64,000 bases of DNA from Octopus vulgaris (taxonomy: Eukaryota), in contig OX597824.1 in assembly GCA_951406725.2 (NCBI GenBank), positions 74,710,001 to 74,774,000 of the forward strand. The letters are read 5' to 3'. The translations under genes and the position numbers were made by a program. Below are positions 1 to 13,411 of the stretch, piece after piece. Every line of letters starts with the position of its first letter. Position 1 is the stretch's first letter. A model generated the notes under the pieces. That model ran no database searches and was not told where the DNA came from. It saw only the letters and a program-made list of their open reading frames with translations.

Positions 1-327
1 TGCTTAACTGTCCGTCAATCTGTCTGTTTCTCTCTCTCTCTCTTTCTTACATTGTTACATCTATCCTCGTTTATCACGAGGGTTTGGTTTTTAAAAAAAG
101 CAGTGGTAAATGAATCCGTGATAAATGAAACGCATCAATGCACTTTGTAAAATAGAACGAATGGTAGTTTCATTGAAACTAAACTCGAGGCCCACAGCAG
201 CTAAGCTTCTATCGTTACGCATTATCTTGGTCATCTCTTCCTTTTCCTGTAGATAATATTACTAGCCTGCGTCGTTTGTTAGGATTGGATGCCTTCGTAC
301 TTTTTCCTGTTCACTACTCCCATGTTG

Positions 328-590
328 GTGGAGGCGCGTGGCTTAGTGGTTAGGGTGTCAGCATCATGATCGTAAGATTGTGGCTTCGATTCCTGGACCG
401 GGCGACGGGTTGTGTTCTTGAGCAAAACACTGCATTTCACGTTGCTCCAGCCCACTCAGCTGGCAGAAATGAGTAACGCTGCGATGGACTGGCGTCCCGT
501 CCAGCTGGAGAACACATACGACATAGAAACCGGGAAACCGGGCCCATGAGCCTGGCTAGGCTTTAAAAGGGCGCATTTATTATTTTTTTA
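328..590 (+). mobile_element. tRNA-derived SINE, full length, with target-site duplication
   Basis: A-box TGGCTTAGTGG, B-box-like GCTTCGATTCC, CORE-like GTGTTCTTGAGCAAAACAC, short TTA tail; flanked by TACTCCC(A/G)TGTTG at 315-327 and 591-603. Confidence 0.9.
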
Positions 591-1676
591 TACTCCCGTG
601 TTGATGGGTATGAGTACGTAGATTCGTATATAAATAAGCAGAGCCCCCACCACCAATAACACGGTTATGTGAATACAAACGATCTGTGTTATCCTTGATC
701 AGTCCGTGATAAGTGTAACATATCAACAGATAGAGAAATTTTGTATTTCTTATCATCAGTTTAATAATTTATTTAAGCGCAATTTAATAGCCTTGAGATA
801 TTCTGACTTAGATTCTGTAGATGAATGACCTCACAACAAAGAATCATGCGATGAACTGACGGGACAACAATACAGATCAAAAGTAATCTAGCCTTATGAC
901 TTTCCCATCTTTTATTAAGAGATTACAGAGTGATTTGGATAAAATTTGGCTGCTTTTCTAGCAAGACGCGCGACAACTTTGAGCTTTTCGTTTTGTCTTG
1001 TCTATTTCGTATTGTTCAGAACCGTATGTTTCGTAACAGTCTCCACATTTTCAATAGCGACCGCCAGCAAGGAATTCTTTGGGTTACCGATCAAAAGCAT
1101 TCCAGTCTTTTCATCTTTGTATGCGTGAAAAACTACATTAACCGACGTGATTTGAACGAGATTTGACTGCTTTTTCTACCAAATCACGCGGCAACTTTGA
1201 GGTTTCTTCTTTATCTCATTTCCCCCGCGCCCCGTATTGTCCAAGGCCGGATGTTTCGTTAGAAACAACACATTTTCAACAGCGACAGGCTTCTTTATTT
1301 ATATTCCATTTTCTTTCATTCTTCTCACGTTTCATTTTGCTCACATTTCATTGGAATTACACTTTGCACGTACACCTTTAGATCGAACGAATAGGACTAC
1401 TTTTATTGGTGTTCACCTTTCGTTTCGTTTCGTTTCTATTGTCTAGTTTTTTTTGTTGCGTGTTTTTTATCTCACCCGTCGCTTCCCCAATTCTATTGTG
1501 TAGCCTTGTTATTATTTATATCAACCCTGCTCTTCTTTCGCTTCGACGATAGTTCATAGACGACCAATACATTTAAGCGTTTGTTTTCTTTTCTGGAGAC
1601 GAGAAAGAGCAAGATAAAAAGGAAAATAATTGATAATTCTACTTATATAGATTTCCATATATTTCTGCTCTCTCTC

Positions 1677-1733
<57 letters not shown>

Positions 1734-1909
1734 CTATCTCCCTCTATCATTCTCTCTCTCCCCCTCTGTCTTTTTCTCTTTAACGTCATAATATTTATTT
1801 AGTAGTGTCAGTGGATTTTCCTCCCGATCTAATAAAAAATAACAAAGGCTCAGGAGTTTTTTCCTTTTTGTTTATTCGACTAGAAAATTCCATCTTCTTC
1901 GTCTCTTTC

Positions 1910-2148
<239 letters not shown>

Positions 2149-2482
2149 GATATCCTGCTTTTTCTCCCACTCCTTTCCCCCCCTCTTTCTTTGCCTTTGC
2201 CTGTCAAATTCATGAACCAGCAAGCTTCGATAACGTCGTTCGACCTGCAACAAGAAATAACAACCAAATCTCTCTCAAATTGCTCCCTTATAAACAACGA
2301 GATAATTGGGTAATGTATTACCTGAGATACAGAAAGACGAGATGTTCATGACAGGAACGCTTTTGATCACAGCTCTGCTCAATATGATTTGGTCTGAGAA
2401 CTAGACAACAATAGCAAACAGTAATATACTTTCTTTTTCTTCTTTCGGCACAAGCATGGGTCCTAGTTTGATAAACTTAACA

Positions 2483-2719
2483 TATTTATTTCTTTACTAC
2501 CCACAAGGGGCTAAACACAGAGGGGACAAACAAGGACAGACAAACGGATCAAGTCGATTATATCGACCCCAGTGCGTAACTTGTACTTATTTAATCGACC
2601 CCGAAAGGATGAAAGGCAAAGTCGACCTCGGCGGAATTTGAGCTCAGAACGAAACGGCAGACAAAATACGGCTACGCATTTCACCCGGCGCGCTAACGTT
2701 TCTGCCAGCTCGCCGCCTT
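2483..2719 (-). mobile_element. SINE family C (head AAGGCGGCGAGCTGGCAGAA, tail GCCCCTTGTGGGTAGTAAAGAAA)
   Basis: Near-identical to many other copies in the window; B-box-like GAGCTCAAATTCC. Confidence 0.9.
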
Positions 2720-2989
2720 ATAACAAACCTGAATGACATTGATTGGAGAATCCGGGCATAAACTTAACATATTGTCCAGTTTAGCCCCAAAACTCTGTCT
2801 GTCCTATAGCGTCTTTATTGGGGTCCATTATGCTGCAAGCATTTGGGCCATATTTCTGCTTTGAAGATAACTTCCTCCTTTCCCAAAGACACAAGTCATC
2901 GATGCCATCATTCCTCTTCTGACAAAGTGCTGTAAAAAATAAAAAATGTAATAATGTAAAAGGACGCGTTATTAGAATAGTGGCATAAC

Positions 2990-3790
2990 GCAGTGAGCTA
3001 ACAGAATCGTTATTAGCAGCCCAGACAAAATGCTTAACGGTATGCTTACGTTGTGAGTTCAAATTCCGCCGAGGTCGACTTTGCCTTTCATCCTTTCGGG
3101 GTCGATTAAATAAGTACCAGTTACGCACTGGGGTCGATGTAATCGATTTAATACCTATGTCTGTCTTTGTTTGTCCACTCTGTGTTTAGCCCCTTGTGGG
3201 TAATAAAGAAATAGAAATAGGTATTTCTTCCAGCAAAGGCGGCGAGCTGGCAGAAACGTTAGCACGCCGAGCGAAATGCGTAGCCGTATTTCGTCTGCCA
3301 CTACGTTCTGAGTTCAAATTCCGCCGAGGGCGACTATGCCTTTCATCCTTTCGGGGTCGATAAATTAAGTACCAGTTACGCACTGGGGTCGATATAATCG
3401 ACTTAATCCGTTTGTCTGTCCTTGTTTGTCCTCTCTGTGTTTAGCCCCTTGTGGGCAGTAAAGAAATAGGTATTTCTTCCAGCTCTTTACGTTCTGAGTA
3501 CGAATGCAGCCGAGGTCGAATTTTCGGAGTTGATGAAATATGTACCAGTTGAGTACTGGAGATCATATAATCGACAAATCCTTTCTTCAAAATTTCTGGT
3601 CTTGTGCCTATAATAGAAAGGATTATTAAAACAGTGACATAAGGCGGTGAGCTAGCAGATTCATCCCGGGTTACTCAAACTGCTTTGCGACATTTCTTCC
3701 GGTTCTCTACGTTCTGAGTTCAAATGCAGCTAAGGTCGACTTTGCATTTCATCTCTTCGGGATCGATAAAATAAATACCAATTGAGCACT
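2990..3790 (+). mobile_element. Cluster of about 4 SINE family C copies (young and old)
   Basis: Repeated GTTCTGAGTTCAAATTCCGCCGAGGTCGACTTTGCCTTTCATCCTTTCGGGGTCGAT bodies. Confidence 0.9.
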
Positions 3791-4112
3791 AGTGACATGA
3801 CAGAACTAGTAGAACGCTCGCCTAAATTCCTTTCAATGTTTAATCCGTTAATTGGTATGTTTGATTTCAATAAAAACATTTAAATACAAAGAAACGGCGG
3901 AAAGGAGAGGTAAGAAAGGAAATGGAAGAAAAGAAAAAAGGTGGTGGCAAAGCAGCAGAAGATGGAGGAGGCGATGGTCCACAGTGTATTCAGCCGTGTC
4001 CAACGACAATGGCGTTGCCGCGGAGAATAGCCAGCGACATTCGCTACGGTAGCCACTCCACCTGGCAGGGTTCATTTCTCTGACAGGCCGCCGTTATCCC
4101 TTTTTTAAAAAA

Positions 4113-4330
4113 TTTCTTTATTGCCCACAGGGGTCTAAACATATGGAGGACAAACAAGAGGACTAAGTCGATTATATCGATACCAGTGCGGAACTGGTAC
4201 TCATTTAATCAACCCCGAAAGGATGAAAGGCAAAGTCGACCTCGGCGGAATTTGAACTCAGAACGTAACGGCAGACGAAATACAGCTAAGCATTTCGCCC
4301 GGCGTGCTAACAATTCTGCCAGCTCCCACC
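4113..4330 (-). mobile_element. SINE family C
   Basis: Same body and tail, reverse orientation. Confidence 0.85.
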
Positions 4331-4836
4331 GTTATCCCTATTTTGCGGAGGAAATCGGTTGAATGAGGTCCTAGAACACCTGACGTCTCGACGGCGACCA
4401 GCACAAACTGACAGCGGTCGGTTCTGTCAGGCCCTTATATTTATCAATTTTTCTCTCGTCCGCGTTGCAGGCGGCGGCACCCAGGGTTTGCAGCTTATGC
4501 AGCAAAGATGGAACCGAGGGTAGAGATCTAGCAGGATCAATAGAGCGTCGGATAAAATGCTTTGCAGTAAGTGCTCCGACTTTTTAACGCTCCGAGTTTA
4601 AATCACACCAAGGTCAACTTTACCTATTTAACTTTCAAGGGTCGATAAAATAAAATATCAGCCAATTATTGTGGTCAATATAATCGATTAACACACTCTC
4701 CACGTCATCATCATCGATTTTGTTGTTGCTGCTGCTTTTACTCCATCGGATTGTTTTTATAATTTTCAAAAGTTAGGCCTTTTTCCAAAATACACTAATT
4801 TTCAAACACATATTCTTTTATTCTTTTATTCTTTTA

Positions 4837-5216
4837 CTAGCTGTATCGCCCGGCGTTGCTCGGGTTTGTTTCGACCCTTTAGAACTGGAATTTTTGAAAA
4901 GTAAAAATGTTGCCTTATGTAGCTTGTGAACATTTTTCTGGTTGAAATACAACGAAAAATGGCGACACAGCAGTCAAAAAATCGTAAAAAATAGGGATTT
5001 TCATAGAAAATTAAGCACCATTTTGATGTAAATAATTTTTGGTGTTAACATGGTCCGATTTGAATTTTATCTTCTAAGGAATGAAGAGCAAGCCTTCTTC
5101 TATCATACTCTCAATTTTAGTCAACTTGCGGCCCAGGGTCTTGGAGGAGATAGTGTTAGTTGAAGGCTACCAAACCTGCCACACACAGACAACTTCAGCT
5201 ATATATATATATATAT
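4837..5216 (-). mobile_element. Non-autonomous Helitron-like element
   Basis: Minus-strand 3' end CCCGAGCAACGCCGGG hairpin followed by CTAG; (TA)-rich 5' end. Confidence 0.75.
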
Positions 5217-5463
5217 TTGTTTCAGTCAATTGACTGTGACCATGCTGGAGCACCGCCTTTTATCGAAGAAATAGACCCTTGGACTTATTCTTTGTAAGCC
5301 TGATGCTTATTCTATCGGTCCCTTCTGCCGAACTGCTAAGTTACGGTGCCGTAAACACATCAACATCAATTGCCAAGTGATGTTGGGAGGGGGGGGGGGA
5401 ACAAACGCAGACACAAAGACACACATAAATATATATATACATTTATATACATACATGTATATA

Positions 5464-5495
<32 letters not shown>

Positions 5496-6398
5496 CTAGC
5501 AGTATCGCCCGGCGTTGCTCGGGTTTGTAAGGGAAATAACTATATAAACATTTTTAGACAGTTATAGCCAAAAAAATAGCAAAAACTGCATTAAAAATGG
5601 AAAAAAATTATGGTAATTTTTTTTTTAATCGTTGACTCATCGTAGACATTTTTAGAGAGTTACTTCTCTTATATAATAGCGAAAAAATGCATTAAAATGG
5701 AAAAAAATTATGGTAATTTTTTTTTTTAAATCATAGATTCATCGTAGACGCGCGCTAATACCCAGAAGGGCTCGATATGAATCCTGACTATAAGATACCC
5801 GGATTTGGTTAAACTGCACCGCAAAATGTGGGAGTAGTTAGGAATCTAAATCGTAGGAGACAGACACACAACTTGACTTTTATATATATAGACTAGCAGT
5901 ATCGCCCGGCGTTGCTCGGGTTTGTAAGGGAAATAACTATATAAGCATTTTTAGAGAGTTACTTCCCTTATAAATTCGGGCTTTCTTAGCCATTTTTGTT
6001 TTGGTGTCTTCAAGCCATGAAGTCGTTGTTCTAAAAGAACGCTGGTCTCTTTCACAACGCATTACGACGTTGATTTCTTTACACTCCCTTCCCCACAGCT
6101 TCACGAGGGAGGGAAGGGGGAGAAGCAAACAGGTGCAGCTGTGAGCGTGAACGCCAACTCCGCCGCCATCGACACACGATGCATTTTATGCATTAAAATG
6201 GAATAAAAAACGATGTTAAATTATTTTTAAAATCGTAGACTCATCGTTGACGCGCGCTAATAGTCAGACGGGCTCGATATTAATCACGACTATAAGATAC
6301 CCGAATTTGGTTAAACTGCACCGCAAAATGTGGGAGGAGTTAGGAATGTAAATCGAAGGGGACAGACACTCACACAACTAGAGTTTTATATATATAGA
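5496..6398 (-). mobile_element. Two head-to-tail non-autonomous Helitrons (5496-5892, 5893-6398)
   Basis: Each starts 5'-TCTATATATATAAAA and ends hairpin + CTAG-3'; exact CTAG/TC junction at 5892/5893; no TSD. Confidence 0.85.
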
Positions 6399-6740
6399 TA
6401 TATATATACGACGGGCTTCTTTCAGTTTCTGTCTACCAAAACCACTCACAAGGCTTTGGTCGGCCCAAAGTTGTAGTAGAAGACACTTGCCCAAGGTGCC
6501 ACGCAGCGGGACTGAACCCAGAACCATGTAGTTGGGAAGCAAGATTCTTATTACACCGCCACGCCTGCACCTATATATACATACATACATTACCAAATAT
6601 ATACGTTTTTATTATTATTTTGCAATTTACTTAATCATCGGTATATTATTATTTTAATTATAATATTTCTATTATATGTAATTTTCTAGATGGTGTAATT
6701 TAATTGTTCGTTTTGAATTGATAAAAGGTGTTTTTTCTAA

Positions 6741-6782
<42 letters not shown>

Positions 6783-6803
6783 CATAAAATATATATACAC
6801 GTG

Positions 6804-6881
<78 letters not shown>

Positions 6882-7560
6882 CCCGCGTGCTTGTGTGTGT
6901 GTTTGTGTGTACGTTGTTTGCTGTGTGTATGCGTTCGTGTATCCGTGCGCGTGTCTTTTGAACGTAACAGAAAGTTTTATCCTTCCAGCTTTTCTTTTTG
7001 TTGAACGTGTATCCTGATTAAAAATGTCTTCAATTGGCTCAATATTTTTTCTGTCTTTCTTCTTTTTTTTTTTTTTTTTGATTTTTCCTCTCCATTCTGG
7101 AGAACTCGTAAATCTATGGGGAACATCTTTATCTCATTGATTCCTCTATTTGTAGATCATTATCTCCAGACATGGTCTCAACAATTTCTGATTAATGCTT
7201 GTGTGTGCATTGCATGACATAAAACAATCTTTTATTCTTATAATCTCTAATGACAATGTATGACCGGTTAGTCATTATCAACATTTCGCTATCAGCGCTT
7301 ATGTCAATTATAATATAAACAATCGATTCATCTTCCAACATCTCTCTCTCTCTTTCTTTCTTTATCTCTGGATCAGGCCACTGGGCTGCAGCCATACCAA
7401 ACAAAGCTATTTAGAGTTTTAGACGACAATATCGACCGTCCCACCTCCTGTACGTAATTCCATCCGGTATTTAGTTTATCGATCTTTATTTATTAAATGA
7501 CTGTGTTATGCTTTTGACACGAGATGTTTATTGTTATAAAATAAACAAGCACATACACGA

Positions 7561-7661
7561 ACGCAAATACTGTCACTTGTTTAACTCTACGTATTATTGA
7601 TTTGTTGGTATCCTTAGCCATATAATTATACACGTACTGCTTGACTCTGCTCTATGATCGA

Positions 7662-7730
<69 letters not shown>

Positions 7731-8809
7731 CTTTCCTACCTACCTACTTACCTACCAATCTATATCTATTTATCTACGTGTGTGTGTGTCTCTCTCTCTC
7801 TGTCTTTCAAACCAAATAGATTCTTAAGAAACTGACAGTAGTTTGCGTTGGCAGGGCATATATCACGTGAAAAAAATAAAAGGGTCCGAAAGAGTACAGT
7901 GACATTGCCATGGGTAGTGGAGTAATCGACGTTTCGGAGAAAGTTCTTCGTCAGGTTAAAATCGACAGGAATGAAAGAACACAAATACTGTCAGCTGTTT
8001 AACTCTCTGTATTATTGATTTGTTGGTATCCTTTGCCTTATAATCATACGCGTACTGTGTGAATTTTCTCTATGCCTGTCTCTTTCTCCCACACACACTC
8101 TTTCTCTCTATCTCTTTCTATCTATCTATCTATCTATCTATCTACTTACCTACCTACCTACCTACCTACCTACCTACCAATCTATATCTATTTATCTGCG
8201 TATGTGTTTCTCTCTCTGTCTTTCAGATCAAATAGAGTCATAAGAAACTGACGGTAGTTTGCGTTGGCAGGGCATATATCACGTGAAAAAAATAAAAGGG
8301 TCCGAAAGAGTGCAGTGACATTGCCATGGGTAGTGGAGTAATCGACGTTTCGGAGAAAGTTCTTCGTCAGGTTAAAATCGACAGGAATGAAAGAACACAA
8401 ATACTGTCATTTGTTTAACTCTCTGTATTATTGATTTGTTGGTATCCTTAGTCTTATAATCATACACGTACTGCGTGAATTTTCTCTATGTCTGTCTCTC
8501 TCTCCCCCACACTCTCTCTCTTTCTACCAAACTAACTAACTACTTTCCTACCTACCTACCAACCTATTTACTTACCTCCCTACCAACCTACCTACACATC
8601 TATATCCGTTTATCTGCGTGTGTGTTTCTCTCTCTGTCTTTCAAATCAAATAGAGTCTTAAGAAACTGACAATAGTTTGCGTTAGCAGGGCATATATCAC
8701 GTGGAAAAAAAGGGTCAGAAAGAGTACAGTAACATTGCCATGGGTGGTGTAGTAATCAACGTTTCGGAGAAAGTTCTTCGTCAGGTTAAAATCGACAGGA
8801 ATGAAAGAA
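7561..8809. repeat. Tandem repeat, 3 units of ~417 bp, each with an internal microsatellite and a hammerhead-like motif
   Basis: CAAATACTGTCA at 7564, 7982 and 8398; GACGTTTCGGAGAAAGTTCTTCGTCAGG in each unit (one substitution in unit 3). Confidence 0.9.
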
Positions 8810-9559
8810 GTTAAAGATGTCCATCCTCTTTGTCAAATCGTTCACAATTACTCCTGGCGGCTTGCCATCCGGTACAACCTGTTGTGTAGCCGAGTTGTTG
8901 CCGACTAAACCATCAAGATGGTTACTAAGTTCCAAGGGTTGCTAAAAACCACGAAGGACAAAAACAAACTGATAAAAGGACAGATGAACCCAACGTAAAG
9001 TCGATGATTATCTAGTGATTGCTCAAATGGACATAGAAAAGCTCGTGATAGTCAGTGAGCGCGCCACGATACCACCCGGAAGTGATGACCTCTAGGTTTT
9101 GTTATAACACCTGTCTAAGACAGGTAAGTACAACCTTTTTCGAGAATCGGGCTGCTTGAAACATGTCTCACCATCAATCAAGCCGCACTACTAAGAAATT
9201 CATCGGAATTTTTCGTGTTTTTCATTAGATGTGCCATTCAGAAAATCCCGCGGGCCGCAGACTGTGCACGGCTGATCTAGAAGAAAGATACTCTGATTTG
9301 AAGCCCGACAACTGTTCATCTTTTCGTTGTTCCTATTCTATGTTGGGTCATCGGACGGTAACGCTGTTCTATTTGAAAAATTAGTGCAGTTCAGTGCAAG
9401 CATCATTCATTAATTAATTTCATGCGCACAAACTTCTAGAGAAGCTCATTATGGATCTCTCACAAAGTTCTGCGAGGATGGCGAGTAATGGCCCATACAT
9501 GCTTGACCAGCGGAAGTATGTAAGTGCAAACCGGTTCGCAGAGGTCTTAGGCGTTGCTG

Positions 9560-9863
9560 TCGACGTCGTTTCATCGTCATCGCCATCATCACCATCTCCG
9601 TCGTTGTCATTATCATCACCATCATCGTCATCATCTCAAGAACATCATCCGAATAATTATTAACATCACTACCATTGTCATCATGATCTTCATCTTCATC
9701 TTCATCCTCGTCCTCATCATCGTTGTCGTTGTCGTCGTCGTCGTCGTGATCATCATCATCATCATCGTCGTCGTCGTCGTCGTCATCGTCATCGTCATCA
9801 TCACCGCCATCACCACCATCATCATCATCGCCATCGTCATCGCCATTGTCATTACCATCGTCG

Positions 9864-9896
<33 letters not shown>

Positions 9897-9995
9897 CCAT
9901 CTTCATCGCCATCGTTACCGCCATCACTACCGTCATCATCATCATCCTCATCATCATCATCGTCACCATTATAGTCATCATCATCGTCATCGCAC
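9560..9995. repeat. (CAT/CGT/CAC)n degenerate trinucleotide tract
   Basis: Direct reading; source of the poly-D/M/I ORFs. Confidence 0.95.
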
Positions 9996-10121
9996 ATGAT
10001 AACGTAGACCAATATACATATCCAATTTTGGAACAGAGCAAAGCAATCAGGCAGGCAGCTGGCAGGCTGGCAGTTAAGTCGGCTGGTGAACTGGCTGGTT
10101 GACAGGCTGGTCGGCTGGTCT

Positions 10122-10146
10122 GCGCCATGGAAATTTCCATCACGCG
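10122..10146 (-). promoter_or_regulatory. Recurrent quasi-palindrome copy 1 (CGCGTGATGGAAATTTCCATGGCGC)
   Basis: Matches copies at 28913, 58398 and 60107; regulatory role is inferred. Confidence 0.55.
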
Positions 10147-10367
10147 CTCGCTGCCTGTTCGCTGTATGTTTATAGCTAATGGCTTTTTTAATAGAAACAG
10201 CTATAAGCAGATGACTCGGATAAAAGCCGGTCACGTGCTTCTCATACTCCTAGTTGCCTTACTTGAATGCAACTGGACACCATGGCTTATGTAAATAAGC
10301 TTTTAGCAAGTATGTGTACGGGATTATATATATATATATATATATATAAATACACATACATATATAT

Positions 10368-10401
<34 letters not shown>

Positions 10402-11390
10402 GGTTATATATATATATACATATATACAAACATATATATGCATAATGTACTCGCACATATATATATATATAGCTATAAGTGTGTGTGTATGTATATATAC
10501 ATACATTCTCATATACATATATAACATACATAATGATACATGTACATGTGTGTGAGTCTGTGTGGGTATGAAATATCACTCCATATGCATACGTAAGTGC
10601 ATATGCCTATATATACACATATGCGCTTTATACGCACATATATGTACCGGAATATGGTCATATCTTGTTATACGCCTATGCCAGGTATCATATATAATGC
10701 AATATTATATTTATATATATTTACATATATATATATATATATTTACATATATAACCGTCAGTGCGAAGTTACGCGTGTCTATGTATGTACGTACATACAC
10801 ATATATATGGATAGATAAATACATATATACATATATATGCACAAACACAATTACGTATTACTTATATATACATAATGAAAATGTATTACATATATCATAC
10901 ACCGCACACATTCAGACAAACAGGCGGGCGTACGTATATATTTAAACATACGTGTTTAAAACATCTTGCAAAAGGAAATAATTTGGTGAAATGGCATTAG
11001 AGTGAAAAGATAATGTAATAACAAGAACAACAACAGCTCCAGCAATAATTGTGGCTGTTGTTGTCGTCGTTGTTAGTGGATGGTGGTGGTGAGAACGGGT
11101 GGATGCTGCGGAAAAACACCGCCGTCGCTGTTATTGCAGGTGGATGACGATGGTGATAGAGGTGGTGGTGGTGGCGGTGGAAATGGAGGTAGTGGTGGTG
11201 GCGTTGACGGTGGGGTCGATGATGGAGGAACTAGATAATTCTGATAAAGAGACCGGAAAAACGGACGGAAAAAGCTAGAATAGGTTGTATAGTTTTCGTT
11301 AATAATGTCTGTCTCATCGACAGTGCGACTGACTGCTTTAGCCTGCATTATAGTGTACCCATAAATATATATAACCATATATATATATAT

Positions 11391-11424
<34 letters not shown>

Positions 11425-11459
11425 TGCGTATAAACTACATCTATCCATCTATCTCTCTA

Positions 11460-11496
<37 letters not shown>

Positions 11497-11594
11497 TAAC
11501 ATGCATGCACACACAATACATTGCATCTGTATATAAATGAATAATTGTTTCGTGCTTTATATATGTATATATATATAAAATTTTGTTTAGCCTG

Positions 11595-11657
11595 TAACAA
11601 GCAGTCGATTCGATATTATTGCCTTATATGGTAATGAAATGCGTTCGAAGCTGGCGC
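11595..11657 (+). promoter_or_regulatory. Duplicated module with CArG box CCTTATATGG (11622-11631)
   Basis: Closely similar to 19633-19697; fits the CC(A/T)6GG SRF consensus. Confidence 0.55.
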
Positions 11658-12189
11658 TGCAGCACAATGACGCGTTCTGTTACTCTCAACCTTGATTAAG
11701 ATACTCTCTCTTGCTGTCTACCATTTTTCTTTCTTTTCTTCGAATTTTTGCTTTTTTGCTCTTTGCTTTTACAATTTTATTTCGTATTTCTTTTATTTTT
11801 TTTGGCTCTTGTCTTTTTCTTTTCTTCTTTTTCCTTCGTCGTTTGTCTTCTTTTTTATTCTTTGTTGCTTTATTCTATTTACTTTTATTCTATTATTATT
11901 CTATTAAGCTTGCATGCGTTTTATGTACTTGAATGCGTGTACATGAGTGTGTGTGTGTGTGTATGTGTGCGTGCGTGTGTATGCTTGTACGTGTGTTTGT
12001 GTGTGTGTGTGTACGAATCCATTAATGTCTCCTCTCTTTAGGAAAAGAAAAAAGTGATACGTTGAATCCGAAAAAAAGGGGTGCGGAGAAAAATGAAGGA
12101 GGGCGGAACTGGGAAGACGGGGGCTACATGTAACAGCCGTATTTCTTCAGACACATTTCTATCATGTGCCAAGAAAATCTAAGTTTATG

Positions 12190-12500
12190 TAGGTGGGTGA
12201 GTGGTTCCTTTACTCTCACCCTTTGCGATTGATCACCTTCATCTTCATTTTGGAGGATCCTGCTTCGTCTGATATCGTCTTCCATATTGCCATCGCTTGC
12301 ATCCTTCGATTTGGTTCATGCTCTTGCTAGATGGGGCTGGAGTCATCCCATGCTAGTCGTCCCAGAGACGTCTTCATGCATAAACCAGTGCTCTCCATCG
12401 CTGGCGGTCCCGTGCCAGTCCCTCTGCATCCTCCAAGAGGACGTCGAGCCTCTGGAGAGATCTTCCCCAATCACGCCCAGCTATCTGGAGTGAGTTCTGC
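12190..12500 (-). mobile_element. RTE-like LINE 3' end fragment
   Basis: Minus strand translates ...LQRLDVLLEDAEGLARDRQRWRALVYA*, resembling the RTE ORF2 C-terminal A.DR..WR motif. Confidence 0.65.
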
Positions 12501-12619
12501 CGCCACCATTTTTTTTTACGTTGTTCTCTTTTGTTATCGCTGTTTTTATTGTTATTGTCACCTTCACTCCTTGTAATCTTCTCTCCACACTCTCTTTTTC
12601 TAGTTTGTTATCTTTTTCC

Positions 12620-12957
12620 GTGAAGGTTAGAGCTCAGTGGTTAGAGCCTCGAGCTTACGATCGTGAGGTTTGGTGGAAACCCGGACCGGGCTGCGTGCTG
12701 TGTTCTTGAGCAAAACACTTTATTTCACATTGCTCCAGTTCACTCAGCTGTAGAAATGAGTTGCGATGTCACAGGTGCCAAACTGTATTGGCATTTGCCT
12801 TTCCCTTGGACAACACTGGTGGCGTGGAGAGGGGAGGCCGGTATGCATGGGCAACTGCTGGTCTTCCATAAAAATAACCTTGCCCGGACTTGTGCCTAGG
12901 AGGGTAACTTTGTAGGTGCAATCCCATGGTCTGTGTCGTAACTGAAGGGGATCTCAG
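12620..12957 (+). mobile_element. tRNA(Arg)-like SINE family A
   Basis: Colinear with 37761-38098. Confidence 0.85.
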
Positions 12958-13411
12958 ATATCTTGTTCTATACAGTCATTACTATTTATCACTATCTCTC
13001 CCATTTCCTCCATGGGATCGTTCCCGTTGTTTTATTACTATCTTATACTGTTGTTGCTCTATATATATATATATATTAGCGTCAAGCTAATACAATTATT
13101 GTGCACGTCCTCACGTTCTTTTTTTACCTTTTTTATTCGTCTATTTGAATTGACTATAAATATATATATATATATATATATAATTTAAAACAGTTTAATT
13201 CGGTTCTATGCGACTTAAAGTTTCGCAGGCATCTTTTCGATAATCTAAGGCCTGAAAGAGACAGGCTTCTGTTTGAGGCGTGTAAAACTAAGTTGCACGA
13301 ATCAAGTTAGTTTAAATAATGCATATAATTCTTACTAAATGTGTTGAGTGCTTTTTTCTTTCGTTCAGCCACTCTATGTATGTACGTATGTATGTATGTG
13401 TATGTATAGTA

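Larger units (their letters stand above)
4810..6570 (-). mobile_element. SINE family B fragmented by three Helitron insertions
   Basis: Tail at ~4810-4835, 3' half at 5217-5420, 5' half at 6408-6570; colinear with the intact copy at 40159-40578. Confidence 0.8.

Noticed and set aside
7561-8809. CRISPR-like repeat/spacer appearance
   Set aside because: Eukaryotic context, long units, homologous intervening sequence and no cas genes.
11270-11340. let-7 family miRNA gene
   Set aside because: Seed UGAGGUAG is absent and no complementary arm is nearby.
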